Below, in pieces: positions 51,169 through 62,185 of a stretch of 64,000 bases of DNA. The stretch lies in contig NC_087436.1 of assembly GCF_036321535.1 (NCBI RefSeq), positions 102,674,001 through 102,738,000 of the forward strand. The letters are read 5' to 3'. Made by a program: the position numbers and the translations under genes. Below the pieces are notes generated by a model. It had not been told where the DNA came from. It saw nothing but the letters and a program-made list of their open reading frames with translations, and ran no database searches. Within the stretch, counting starts at the first letter, position 1; each line of letters starts with the position of its first letter. Source of the stretch: Camelus dromedarius. Lineage: Eukaryota.

Positions 51169-52710
51169 TTTCTCTTCCTGGTATGTGAGAGGGAGACACC
51201 TTTACAAATAGAAATTTTCTTTATAAATGTAAATTACCTTTAAACAAAGAAAATGTGTGCCCTATATTCAGAGATTTTTTTGGTCTGCTGGCTCTAAATG
51301 GCTTCCAGCTCAAAATAACTTGTACGCCAAAAAGGTGTGTTTTGAGGTGACATATTCTGGTACCCTTCATTGTAATATCACATTGCAAAAAGTCTCATCC
51401 AAGATTTGTTTGTATTTTGGTGGATATACACTATCTGGAGAATTCAGTATCATAGATCCTAACCAACATCCAAATAGATTAAATTCTATTATTTTCAAAT
51501 GGGAATTCTCCCAAATTATAAGCCAACCTTATGAATCTTACCTTCTTAAGGCTTAATGTATAGGAAATCAGCCTGAATAAATAAACAAAAATCTAAAATG
51601 GTTGCTGAGATACCAGATATTCTGAGAATGACTGAAAAAAAAAGGACAAAAGATTAGTCAGGAAAGTGAGAAAATGCCTTGCTATGAGATAATATGACAG
51701 ATTTGAAGATGGAGTAGCAGAGCATTTTTCTTATTTCTCACCTTATCTATCCAATCAGCTATCACTAAAATGCCCTGAATATGGGAAAGCATCAATTCCA
51801 CCCAGATCTCCTTCCATTGTGTGGCTCAGCAGGTGTCTCTTTTAAGGTAAAATGTTCATAGTTGTCATTAAGAATAGTGGAGATCTGTGACCAGGGTGAG
51901 TGCCTCCTTTGTTCCCTCTGGAACTTTCTCTGACAGCTTTTCAATTCTCACTCGTAAAATTGAATCTATCTTTCCCAACTGTTCATCATTGGGTAATTGC
52001 ATTCCTATTTGGGTAATTATCTCCTTAATGAGAAAATTACAGTTCTTCTTGATTTCTGCCATATTTCTGAGAACCAATTTATTTAGTTCAGTAATAGTAA
52101 AGGTCAGCTACCTAGAAATATTTACCCTTTTAAAATCGTAGATCAGTTTCAAACTAATTCACTTGATTCTTAACTAACCTCAATCTTCTCCTTCCAGGAA
52201 GGAGGAGATTATTCCTTGATGCAATTATTCCTGATCAAATGCTTATTGGCTTTATTTTTAAATTCAAGGGAAATGTTATTCTTTGAACAGGCATCAAGCA
52301 AAATATAACTTATTTCCTTTGGTTCTAGGTTTTAAAACAATAGTTTCTACTTTGACACAGAAATTAAGTGTTTCTACTTAGTACCTTGGTAAGTTTGGAG
52401 CTAGAAATTAGATGTAAAGCTGTTGTGTTCTGGTGTTGTTTTACTTGTAATCGAGGTCAAGGACCTAATCATTTTTCAAACAGATGAGTTATGAGGAACA
52501 AAGAGCAGAATCTTATGTGCTCTCAGACTTTCAGAAATTTTTATGTAATTCTTCACCACATGAAATGTATTTATACTAATAGTAAAAGTGTTTACTATAT
52601 AGTATGGTAATAAATTTCTAATAATGGCAGTGTGTGCCTCTGTATCAGAGCAATTCATTAAAACCAGTCAATTCCTTTTGAGACGTGATTTAACATTTTT
52701 TAGATACATA

Positions 52711-53147
52711 TGACAGTTAAAAAATGTTGCTCACCATCTGGTTCTGTAAGAATGAAGTCACGAAGAAGTTGCTGACTTTTAATACACCCTGAAAGGAGTT
52801 CAGGGTGGAGATCAGGAATGAGCCACTCTGTGCTTTTGGAAAACTGGTGGGACAGGCCTTCAGAGAGTAAGATATTTTCAGGAGAAAATTTTATGGACCC
52901 AGTTTCTTGCATCTGCTTCTACATAGAAAAGTACTAAAATCATTAACAAAGCCTCGTGCAACTTTCTGCAGAGATGTGTACTGGGTTGCAGGTACCCCTG
53001 CTCCAAAATCACTACATACTAACCTCCCCCCTTACCTCTTTGGAGCAGTTCCTCAGAGCTGTCTGAGAGACTGTCTCTTAGGCTATAATCTTCAGTAAGT
53101 CCTCATATAAAACTGAGCTCTCATGTGTGCTTTTATTTTACTAGACA
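52711..53147 (+). mobile_element. ERV1-class solo LTR
   Basis: tgacag...tagaca; 'caccctgaaaggagttcagggtg' 9-bp inverted repeat; 'cttacctctttggagcagttcctcagagct...tgagagactgtctc' R/U5-like. Confidence 0.7.
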
Positions 53148-53320
53148 TATCCAAAATATCTTTAAACATTTTTAAAGATGGCACAACTAAAATACAAGTT
53201 CTAGTTTTTCTTTTTTCTTTTTTTTGTTCAACTAATCTAGCCCACAATAGTGTGTGTGTGCATGTGCACGTGCGCACACGCATGCACAGACACATATACA
53301 TAATTTTGAAGGGGCGGTGC

Positions 53321-53767
53321 TTTATTATTGAAGTATAGTTGGTATATAATAGTATATAAGTTACAGATGTACAACATAGTGATTCACAAGTTTTAAATGT
53401 TCTACTCCATATATAGTTATTGTAGAACATTGACTATCTTACCGGTGTTGTACAATATATCCTTGTAGTTTATTTTAAACCTAATAGTTTGCACTCCTTA
53501 ATCACCTACCCTTATGTTGCCCCCCCTTTCCCTCTCCCCATTGGTAACCACTAGACTCTGTATCTGTGAGTCTGCTTCAGTTTTGTTCTATTCACTAGTT
53601 TGTTGTATTTTTTTAGATTTTTCAAATAAGTGATATCATACAGTATCTGTCTTTCTCTGTCTGACTTATTTCACTTAGCATAACAGCCTCTAAGTCCATC
53701 CATGTTGTTACAACAGCAAAGGGTCATAATTTTTATGGCTGAATTGTAGTTCATTTTATTTATATGT

Positions 53768-53806
<39 letters not shown>

Positions 53807-54645
53807 CATATATATATACACACACACCACATCTTTACCCATTCATCTGTTGGAAAAACAATTCTTAAGTTGTTACCATATCTTGACAATTGTAAATAAT
53901 GTTGCTGAGAACATTGAGCTGCATATATCTTTTCAAATTACTGCTTTTGATTTTTTTGGATATATACCCAGGAGTGGAATTATTGAGTCATATGGTAGTC
54001 TTATTTTTCATTTTTTGAGAAACTTCCATACTCTTTTCCACAGTGGCTGCACCAATATATATTCCCACCAACAGTGTATGAGGGTTCTCTTTTCTCCACA
54101 TCCTTGCCAACATTTGTTATTTATGTTCTTTTTGATGACAGCTATTCTGACATGTGTGAGGTGATATCTCACTGCAGTTTTGACTTGCATTTCCCTGGTG
54201 ATTAGCAATGTTGAGCATCTTTTCATGTGCCCATTAGCCATCTGCATGTCCTCTTTGGAAAAATATCTATCTATTCAGGACTTCTGCTCATTTTTAAATC
54301 AATTTTTTTAGATATTCAGTGTTATGAGCTCTTTATATATTTTGGCTATTAACCCTTTATCAGTCATATCGTTTCCAAATATCTTCTCCCATTTAGTAGG
54401 TTGTCTTTTCATTTTGTTGACTGTTTCCTTTGCTGTGCAAAAGCTTTTAAGTTTGATTAGGTCCCATTTGTTTATATTTGTTTTTGTTTCCTTTGCCTGA
54501 GGAGACAGATCCAATAAAATAGCACTATAATTTATGCCAAAGAGTGTTCTGACTATATTTTTCTCTAGAAGTTTTATGGTATCTGGTCTTATATTTAGGT
54601 TTTCTACCTATTTTGAGTTTGTTTTTGAATATGATGTTAGAGAAT
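53321..54645 (-). mobile_element. 5'-truncated L1 (L1_Art-like 3'UTR) with ORF2 C-terminal remnant
   Basis: Antisense 3'UTR from 53321; peptides 54308-54514 (KWDLIKLKSFCTAKET) and 54008-54247 (CWQGC...TLIHCWWE, L1 Cys-rich motif) are L1 ORF2. Confidence 0.96.
53761..53827. repeat. Compound (CA)n(TA)n microsatellite within L1
   Basis: Directly visible. Confidence 0.95.
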
Positions 54646-54814
54646 ACAAAGGATCTTTAGACATTTTTAAAGGTGGTACAACCTAAAATACAAGTTTCAA
54701 TCTTTAAACATCATCCAGGATAAATATTAGCATCTAGGTATAAAACATATGCAATCTTAATTTTTTTGCAATGTCATAATGTCATAAAAATTAACTTGAT
54801 TTGTTATTTAAAGG

Positions 54815-55048
54815 ACCATATAAAATGTGTACTAGAGTCATAAAGATATCAGTCTGAGTTCCATTCTATCAGTTTGTAGCTTTGTGATCTTAGGCAAATT
54901 ATACAACTTCTCTGAGGTTTTGGTTTTGAATTTGTAAAACAGAGGTTATGTCTGCCTAGTGGATTGCTGTAAGGATAAAATATGGTAAATGTGCATAAGT
55001 TGAACACAATAATTGAGAAATAGTGAACACACAATAAGTTATATTTTG
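54815..55048 (+). mobile_element. MIR SINE
   Basis: 'tagctttgtgatcttaggcaaattatacaacttctctgag...tttgtaaaacagagg...ggattgctgtaaggataaaat'. Confidence 0.8.
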
Positions 55049-55049
55049 T

Positions 55050-57020
55050 TCATTTATTTATTCAATACATATTTGTTAAGCATTTGCCCCTCTTCTAGGG
55101 TTTAGGGGCAAAAATTAGTAAATATATACATGACAGTGACAAGTTCATGCAGATGAGGATGGGAAGGACCAATGCAGGGTTGGCAATTCAACTTTAAATA
55201 TGGTGGTCATAGAAGCCTCACTGAACTTTGAGCAAAGACTGAAATGAGATGAGAATAGAAGTTGTGAGAATACATGGGGGTATAGAACTCAGGCAAAGCA
55301 AAAAGGAAACAGGTATTAGGGCTCTGAGGAAAGAATAGACTAGATATGTTTAAGGAGCAATAAGGAGTCACTGGATAGTGGAAACTGAGAGAAAGAAAGA
55401 AGTAGAAACTAATGCTTATTGAGCACTGATACTGTATCAGGAATATTCTAGGTACTTTTTATTTAACTCATTTAATCTTAGAAAAACCCCAGTGATATAG
55501 GTGTTATTATCCCCATTATACAGAAGAGGACACTGAGGAGTACAAGGGTTAAATAACATCTGGAAAGTGATGGGACCATCATTTGAACCTAGAAACATCA
55601 GGCTTCTGAGCCCATGCGCTGAACTACTGCATGGTGGGAGGTGAAATTAGAAAGACAAGGAAAGGCTAGGCCACTATAAATATGTAAGACTTTGAGATGA
55701 GAAGTCATTTGAATGTTTTGGGCACAGGAGTGTCATGATTAGCCTTGACCTTAACAGGATCACTCTACCTATCTTGCTAAGAACGACTTTGGGGGAAAGG
55801 ACAGAACTGGGGAGAATAATTAGGAACCATTTGTAGTAATAGAAGTGAACAATGGTGTAGCTTAGATCAGAGTGATAATGATGGTGAAAAAATATTTAGA
55901 ATCTGTCTCTATTGTGAAATTAAAACCAATTGCATTTGCTGAAAGAATGAATGCATGGCATGAAATAATGTATTCAAAGATAGCTCTGTTTTCTGTCTCA
56001 ACAATTAGGGGAATGAAGTTGCCGTTAATTGAAATGGGAGGATGAGATGTAGGGGTGAAGGTGAAGAGGCTATATTTAAACATTTTATATTTCAGATCCC
56101 TATTCGACATCTAAGGGAGAATGTTAAGTGCATTGTAAGACACACAGGTCTGGATTCTTTAACATATAGTTAATGCTTAAAGCCATGAAACTGGGTGAGA
56201 TTACTACAAGAAGCCGCATAGATCAAAAAAACTAAAAAAACTAAGTCAAAGGGTATTTCCAACCTTTAGCAGCAGGGTGATAAGGAGGAAGTCGAAATGA
56301 GAATGAGAAAGACTGGCTAGTGAAGTAGAAGGAAAACAAGAGGCTTGTGGTCCCATGCATATCTAATGTAATGCTCCTAGGTAGAGTGATTGTGTTAAAT
56401 GATGCTGAAAGGTCACGTAAGATGAGCACTGAAAATAAAATCGGCCATTAGAGTTAGCAAAATGAATGTCATTTGTAATCCTGAGAATAGTAGCTTTGGG
56501 GGAATGCTGGAGGCAATAAAGATACATATATAAAGAGAGAGGGAGAAAGACAGAGACAGAGAAAGGGAAACAAAGACATTTATTGACCACTATTTCAAAA
56601 ACACTTTACAGTAATTAGGAACATAAACAGGGGAACTAGTGTGATATATGAAATCAAGAGGGATTCCTTTATTTTAAAGATGGCATATTTAATTATTCCA
56701 TATGGTAAACCATAAATATATACCATATATATACTACAAATGTATTTTTATGGTGATGTAGATGACTCAGTAAAAAGGGGGAATTGATAATACAGAAGAG
56801 AAGGGGAAAACTCCTACGAAGGTGGCCCTGGATAGGTGAAATTAGATGGTATCTAATGTACTCACGATGAGCTTAGCTTACAGTCACAGAGGATTCATAT
56901 ACAGTAAGAAATGGGAAGAAACAATACATGGAAGCTAATGTAGGGAGATGAGTAGATGTTGGGATGTGTCTCAAATTGACGTTCCGATTGTTTTTATTTA
57001 CTCAGTGACATAAAAGAAAA
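55050..57020 (-). mobile_element. Long L2 fragment (interrupted by MIR); further L2 at ~57700-58200
   Basis: Terminus 'ttcaatacatatttgttaagcat'; body 'ggagtgtcatgatt...ttaacaggatcactct', 'ttaaagccatgaaactgggtgagattac', 'gttaaatgatgctgaaaggtcacgtaagatgagcactga'. Confidence 0.85.
55405..55630 (-). mobile_element. MIR SINE inserted in L2
   Basis: 'tattgagcact...taactcatttaatct...tattatccccattatacagaagaggacactgagg...atttgaacctag'. Confidence 0.85.
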
Positions 57021-57199
57021 GGTATAGATACATATAAAATGGGTCTAGAAAGGAAACACCTAAAAAAATATTATAATTGTCAAGCATAATTAAGAGACCA
57101 CTTATGGTCAGTAGTTCTGAATTTGACATAATATTTGTCAAAAGAGCATATGTTTTTCTCCAGCTTTGTTCAGATACAACAGCTGTTAACTTTCCACCA

Positions 57200-57650
57200 A
57201 AATCCCTTTCATGTAATCAGGTCAAGTTATACAAATGTCTATCCAGCCTAGACTTTTCTATTTCACAGATTCCCTCTTACAGAGGTGTAGAAATGTGACA
57301 ACACCTTACCTGGGAGTGTGAGCAGAAGTGATAAAGGAGACTCCTGCCTCAGCTGTTAAAAGGAATGTTATTAAACTACATCTCCGCTCTTTCCAGATTA
57401 TATGAATTAAGTCATGGTCATGCCTAGTTACCCAACTCTAGTCAGGAAGTAAGGATAACGCTGTAACAATGGGAAAGGAAAAAGGAAACCCACGTCCCTG
57501 AATGTCTGCATGGAGTCCAGGCTCGCTGCTTAACTGGACCACTTGTCTTGGTATCTTTAGTTGAGGAAAAAATGAACTTCTCTTTTATTTAGGTCCTTAC
57601 ATTTTCGAGGTTTCTTTATTCAAACAATTTATCCTTTACCCTAGCTAACA
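57200..57650 (+). mobile_element. MaLR MLT1-type LTR (degenerate)
   Basis: 'gagtgtgagcagaagtgat' and 'gtccctgaatgtctgcatggag...aaaaatgaacttctcttttattta...ccctagctaaca'. Confidence 0.55.
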
Positions 57651-59368
57651 GTCAAGTTAGGATACAAGTTAAAACATGAGTTTAGTTTTAACCAGATTTG
57701 GAGTCTTGCTAAGACATTACAACAAAGCAAGGGAGGCAACATTCCTCAGAGTGTATGTATGGGAAGATTTATAATGATTAACCATGAAATTTAAGCTCTG
57801 TGAGAAAGGAAGTAAGAACATCAGTGAGGGATAGTGAATGGGAGAAAAATTAAGCGACATAGGGTCAAAGCATTGTGGGAGTTAGGTTTCAGAGTCAGAG
57901 AGTCGAGAGAGAGAGGAGTTTGTGGTGGAGAATGGAATACTTGATATTGGAATTATGGAAAGATGCAATATTTATAATGACAAAGCTTAGATCATGACCT
58001 TAATGTTACTGAAGTCGAGGTAGAGTGACTAAGAAAAACAACCCAAGAGAAGAGAGTATAAGAATGAGCATAAATCTAGGTACTGAAAAAAGCTAGAATT
58101 ATGACAGAAGCAGTGTCAGGGACAGTGACATTAATCCAGGAGATAACATTTCCAAAGAATAAGAGGGAATGTCCCAAGGATTGCTAAATGATTTCAAAGA
58201 TGATTTTATTATGTGTTTATGCTTAATCCCAGTTAATTTAATTGTTTCAAACTTCACACCATGGTGTTCTTGATAATGTATCTTTGACTTCATCCCAGAA
58301 GCTGAGCACTAAGGATATTCCACAGCAGAGAGATAGGCTACATTGTTCATATTATTACAACTGTGTGATAAAGACAAATGTTGGATTTTGAAGATGTTGC
58401 AATTTGTTGAAATAACAAACATTCATTTTTCTAGCTGGTGTTCTGAAGCTTTTTTTTTTTTTTTTTAGCCCAAAGCAAATGCCACTGTCAGCAAGCTAAA
58501 GAGAATCATTTGTATCACAGCAGGAAACAGAAGAGATAACAAAAGAACAGTGAAAGCCAACTACAACCTCCTTTTCTCTGATCACTCTCCTTTCATAGCT
58601 AGACTTCAGTAATTAAAGAAAGCCTGCCTTATTTATTGGATGCCTTGAAAAAGCAATTCAAGTGGGAAAAAATGTAGCTTAAGGAAAAATTGGGTTTTAG
58701 TTAATCTGAAATATTAGGTACTTAAAACAACATTGTAATTGAATACTTTTAGAGAGCAATGGAGCATCCATTTTTATGACAACTTTCTGGTAACTGTTTT
58801 TCAGAAAATGCTAGCATCTTTTTCACTGAAAAATACACTAATCTTTTTTTCCTTCATTTTGAAACACCTCAAAGTAGAAACGTGTTTGATTTTCCTCCTG
58901 AGATCTGGGGACAATTTCATAACATATCCAGAGAAGGAAGATTTGAAATGTGGGTGTGGTCTTGATTTGAGGGAAAGTCTAGAAATTAACATGTTTGGGG
59001 TGCAGATAGTATGGATGGTTCTTCCATTCCTTTGTTCTCTAAGGAATGGTTGCATCAGACAATATCCTCTGTTGGAAAGTATCATCAGCTATCAAATAAC
59101 ACATATATGTGCAAAGGTAAAGATGATTAATAATATATATATCAAATGAAGATCCTTTATAATCTAACAAGCCCCCATCCTTAGAACTAAACTGAGTTAA
59201 CAGACTGGTGTATATTAACTTAAAATTGGACTTAAAAACTATACTTTAACTTAGATTAATTAATACATATAAAGTATGTAACCTAAATTAAGCACAACAA
59301 TAAACTTAACACTTGTAGAAGACTCAGAAATCAAAGAAACAATTATTATATAAACTTGTAGTTCCATG

Positions 59369-59758
59369 TATTAAAAAAAGTCAACAGGCTTAAAATGGTG
59401 TCACTTGTGCTAAGCTCACATCACCAAACTGAGAAATAACAACTAGCTTAATTACAGTTTCAACCTGTCCCAGAAGTGGAATTTTAAACCAGTCCATCTG
59501 GAATTACCTGGTTAGCACTAGTGAGGTAATCTGCCGGACAGTCCCCTGCCTTTTGCCAAAGGAAGGTGACCTTGCCTATAATAACCCACTCTTTGCTAGT
59601 AACTTCCTTGTCCCAGCTTTTCTTACCTGAAAAAAATCCTCCACTATGTACACTTCTTGGAGCCCCTTTATATTTGCTAGATGGGATGCTGCCCAATTCA
59701 TAAATCACTGAATAAAGTCAATTAGATCTTTAATTTATTCAGTTGAATTTTTTTAACA
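59369..59758 (+). mobile_element. MER34A1-like ERV1 solo LTR
   Basis: 'caacaggcttaaaatggtgtcacttgtgctaagc...gctagatgggatgctgcccaattcat...gaataaag...ttttaaca'; AATAAA 59711-59716; flanks catg / cctg. Confidence 0.85.
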
Positions 59759-59849
59759 CCTGTCTATCCCCGATAACCTTAGCTGTTCTCTTAAAGACAA
59801 CATGGAATACTGATTTAAGCTTATTTTTTAAATTATTCTTTTGTTTTGT

Positions 59850-61170
59850 TTTTTACATCTTTACCATATATATATATATCCATAAATATCACTTTTAGTT
59901 CTGTTTGTTTTCCTATGATCTCCTTTTTTAATAGCAAAAATGTGACTTATTCTAAAAGTCATCTATCGTGTGTAACTGCTGTTGCTTCACTCTAAATACC
60001 ACTTAATTTTCATTTTTTTTAATCTACTGTAGTGTATTTATTCATTCTCTTGTTTTAGAAGCAGACAGGGTAGTGGGTCCCTGGAGAAAGAGAACTGGGC
60101 ATGGCTTTCTTGACATAAGAGAAGTCATTTTGACCTAAGCCAATTTGTGATCTAAACTTGGCCACAATGCTTATCCTTGAATAATCCTGTCCTTGAACAG
60201 GTCTCAGTAATTAATGGTCTTGAAGGGACAAGGAATGTAGGAACAAATGACTGTTATCAGGCAAGAGAAGTAACAACAGCAAAGATATCAGTTGTAAAGA
60301 CTCCCAGTTCTGTTTCAGTCAGAAAGATTAACCTGAAGCGCTCAACCACCAGATCAATTGGAACCTAAAAGATAATGATTGTGACCTTTTCTGAGCCTTG
60401 TGATGTCAGTCAACTAAAGCTTGGACTCTGTTGACCTTTGCCCAAATTCTATGACATCATCCAAGCCCTTTCATGAATATGCATGTACCCTTAGCTTAGA
60501 ACTTCCCCAGTTTTGTTACTGGGGAGACACTGCTTTGGAAAAGATCACCCATGTTCTCCTCACTTGCTGCAAGTAATAAATCCTTCCTTCTCCCACTCTT
60601 TGGCTTGGTTGTGTCTTTTGGGTCAACAACCATCAAGAGGTGAACTCAGTTTTCAGGTAACAGTTGAGCATTTGGGTTAGATTTTCATTTGTTTTGCTGT
60701 TACAAACTCAATCATTACTGTGTTTGTCTTCTGGTGTCCATGTGCAAGAGTTTCTGTAAAGTGTGTACGTTCAATCAAAAGGATGGGTAAATTATATAAT
60801 TTGAAATGTAGAACTTTACAAAAGATAACAAGTAATTTTACAAATTGTTTTTAATAATGTTACTTCTATCAGTACTGATATCACAGTTCCCATTACATCA
60901 CATATTTGAAAAAATTTGGTATTATCAGACAATTAAAATTTTTACCAATCTATTGGATTTATAGTCATCTTACTGTAGTTTTAATTTTTATTTCCCTGTT
61001 TATTACTGCAGTTTAAACTTTTAAAAATATATTCTGCCATCCATGTCATTACCATCACTTTTATTGGCTTGATTTCTTAGGAATTTTAGGAGTAATTTCT
61101 CAATGCTAATCCTTCATGAGATACATAAAAAATATTTTTCCTAGTGTGTGATCTGTTTTTTAATTTGGAG
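59850..61170 (-). mobile_element. Ancient L1 (L1ME-like) remnant split by an LTR
   Basis: 'tttattcattctct|gttgagcatttgggtt...ttttgctgttacaaa...catgtgcaagagtttct...gttttaatttttatttccctg'. Confidence 0.65.
60053..60662 (+). mobile_element. ERV1-class solo LTR (~610 bp)
   Basis: Ends 'ggtaaca'; AATAAA 60575-60580 with U5-like 'cttggttgtgtcttttgg'; flanks cttg / gttg; hairpin tccccagt...actgggga at 60504-60525. Confidence 0.85.
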
Positions 61171-61229
61171 CCCAAACACATGGCATAATGATGTCTATGT
61201 TTAAGTAAATAAAAATAGCTACTAAGATT

Positions 61230-61590
61230 CTATAAAACAAGAGACATAAAAATAGAGCAATATTAAAAGACAAACAAAAATAAACTCAAATCCTAGGAAA
61301 GAAAAATAAATTGATTTTAAACTACTTATCTGAATGCTAAACCAGTAAAAATTCACAGTAGAAAAAATTGGTAAACAAGTTTTTCAATCTAAATAAAGTA
61401 AATAGAGTATAGTACAGAAATGGGGACTATTACACAGAACATGAGATGTGAAGAATGGCTAAAAAGTTTCAACGTAAAAGTAAATGAGCTTCTAGAAGAA
61501 AGAAAACATCATAATGAGGAGGTAATATTCAAAAAGACAGTGGCTGGGCCTTTTCCAAAATTCAAGCAATGAATCCTTGAAGTCTGGAAT
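61230..61590 (+). mobile_element. Ancient L1/HAL1 ORF1-region remnant
   Basis: 'gtaatattcaaaaagacagtggctgggccttttccaaaatt' resembles L1 ORF1 IFEEIMAENFPKL coding sequence. Confidence 0.45.
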
Positions 61591-61654
61591 CTCTTGTTGG
61601 GAACCCTTTTGCTAAGAGATCTTGCTAATTTTGTAAAGCGCCGAAGAAGCAGAA

Positions 61655-61810
61655 AGAACCACATGGTTTTACAACTGTGTAGGAGCTTAGAAATTATCGA
61701 GTTCCAAGTCCTCTCTCTGTTAGTGACTGTCATAGATGTTGAGATGGCCAGGTCCACTGGATTCAGGTATTTAGAACCAGGACTGGACAACTTCAGGAGT
61801 TTCTGCTTAT
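61655..61810 (-). mobile_element. MIR3-type SINE fragment
   Basis: 'agaaccacatggttttacaactgtgtaggagcttagaaattatcgagttccaagtcctc' resembles the antisense MIR3 tail. Confidence 0.5.
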
Positions 61811-62044
61811 GTTGACTTCAACAATGTGAATTGCGTTGGCTAGTCAATGCACTGGCTCATCAGTCTCAAGGAATGCCCAAAGTCATACTCTCAAGATTTA
61901 AAAACAGTGCCAGAGATATAACTCATGTCGCTATCTCATTCTCCTAAAAGAACGTTGTCTTCTTAAAGGCCGTAAATATTAACCAGATATAGTTTTAAAA
62001 AATTAGATTGAAATCTTACCCTTGGTGACAAAAAGTAATTTTGA

Positions 62045-62185
62045 GGGGGAGGTATATTATAGCTCAAGTGGTAGAGCACATGCTCAGCATGCATGAGGTC
62101 TCAGGTTCAATCCCCAGCACCTCCTCTAAAAATAATAAGTAAATAAATAAACCTAATTACATCCCTCCACCAAAATATAAAATAA
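62045..62185 (+). mobile_element. Camelid tRNA-Ala-derived SINE (Vic-1 type, long-tail form)
   Basis: 'gggggaggtatattatagctcaagtggtagagcacatgctcagcatgcatgaggtctcaggttcaatccccagcacctcc' plus tail 'aaataaacctaattac'; TSD core taattttg on both sides. Confidence 0.94.

Larger units (their letters stand above)
50026..51369 (-). mobile_element. MER34-like ERV1 solo LTR split by a nested LTR (pieces 50026-50368 and 51169-51369)
   Basis: 'ctggggcctgtgaatcaaactg...agattaacaagag' at left and 'cagctcaaaataa...gccaaaaaggtgtgttttgaggtgacatattctggtacccttca' at right. Confidence 0.75.

Noticed and set aside
61509..61815. Possible processed pseudogene (overlapping 73- and 93-aa ORFs)
   Set aside because: Explained by an old L1 ORF1 remnant plus an antisense MIR3 fragment
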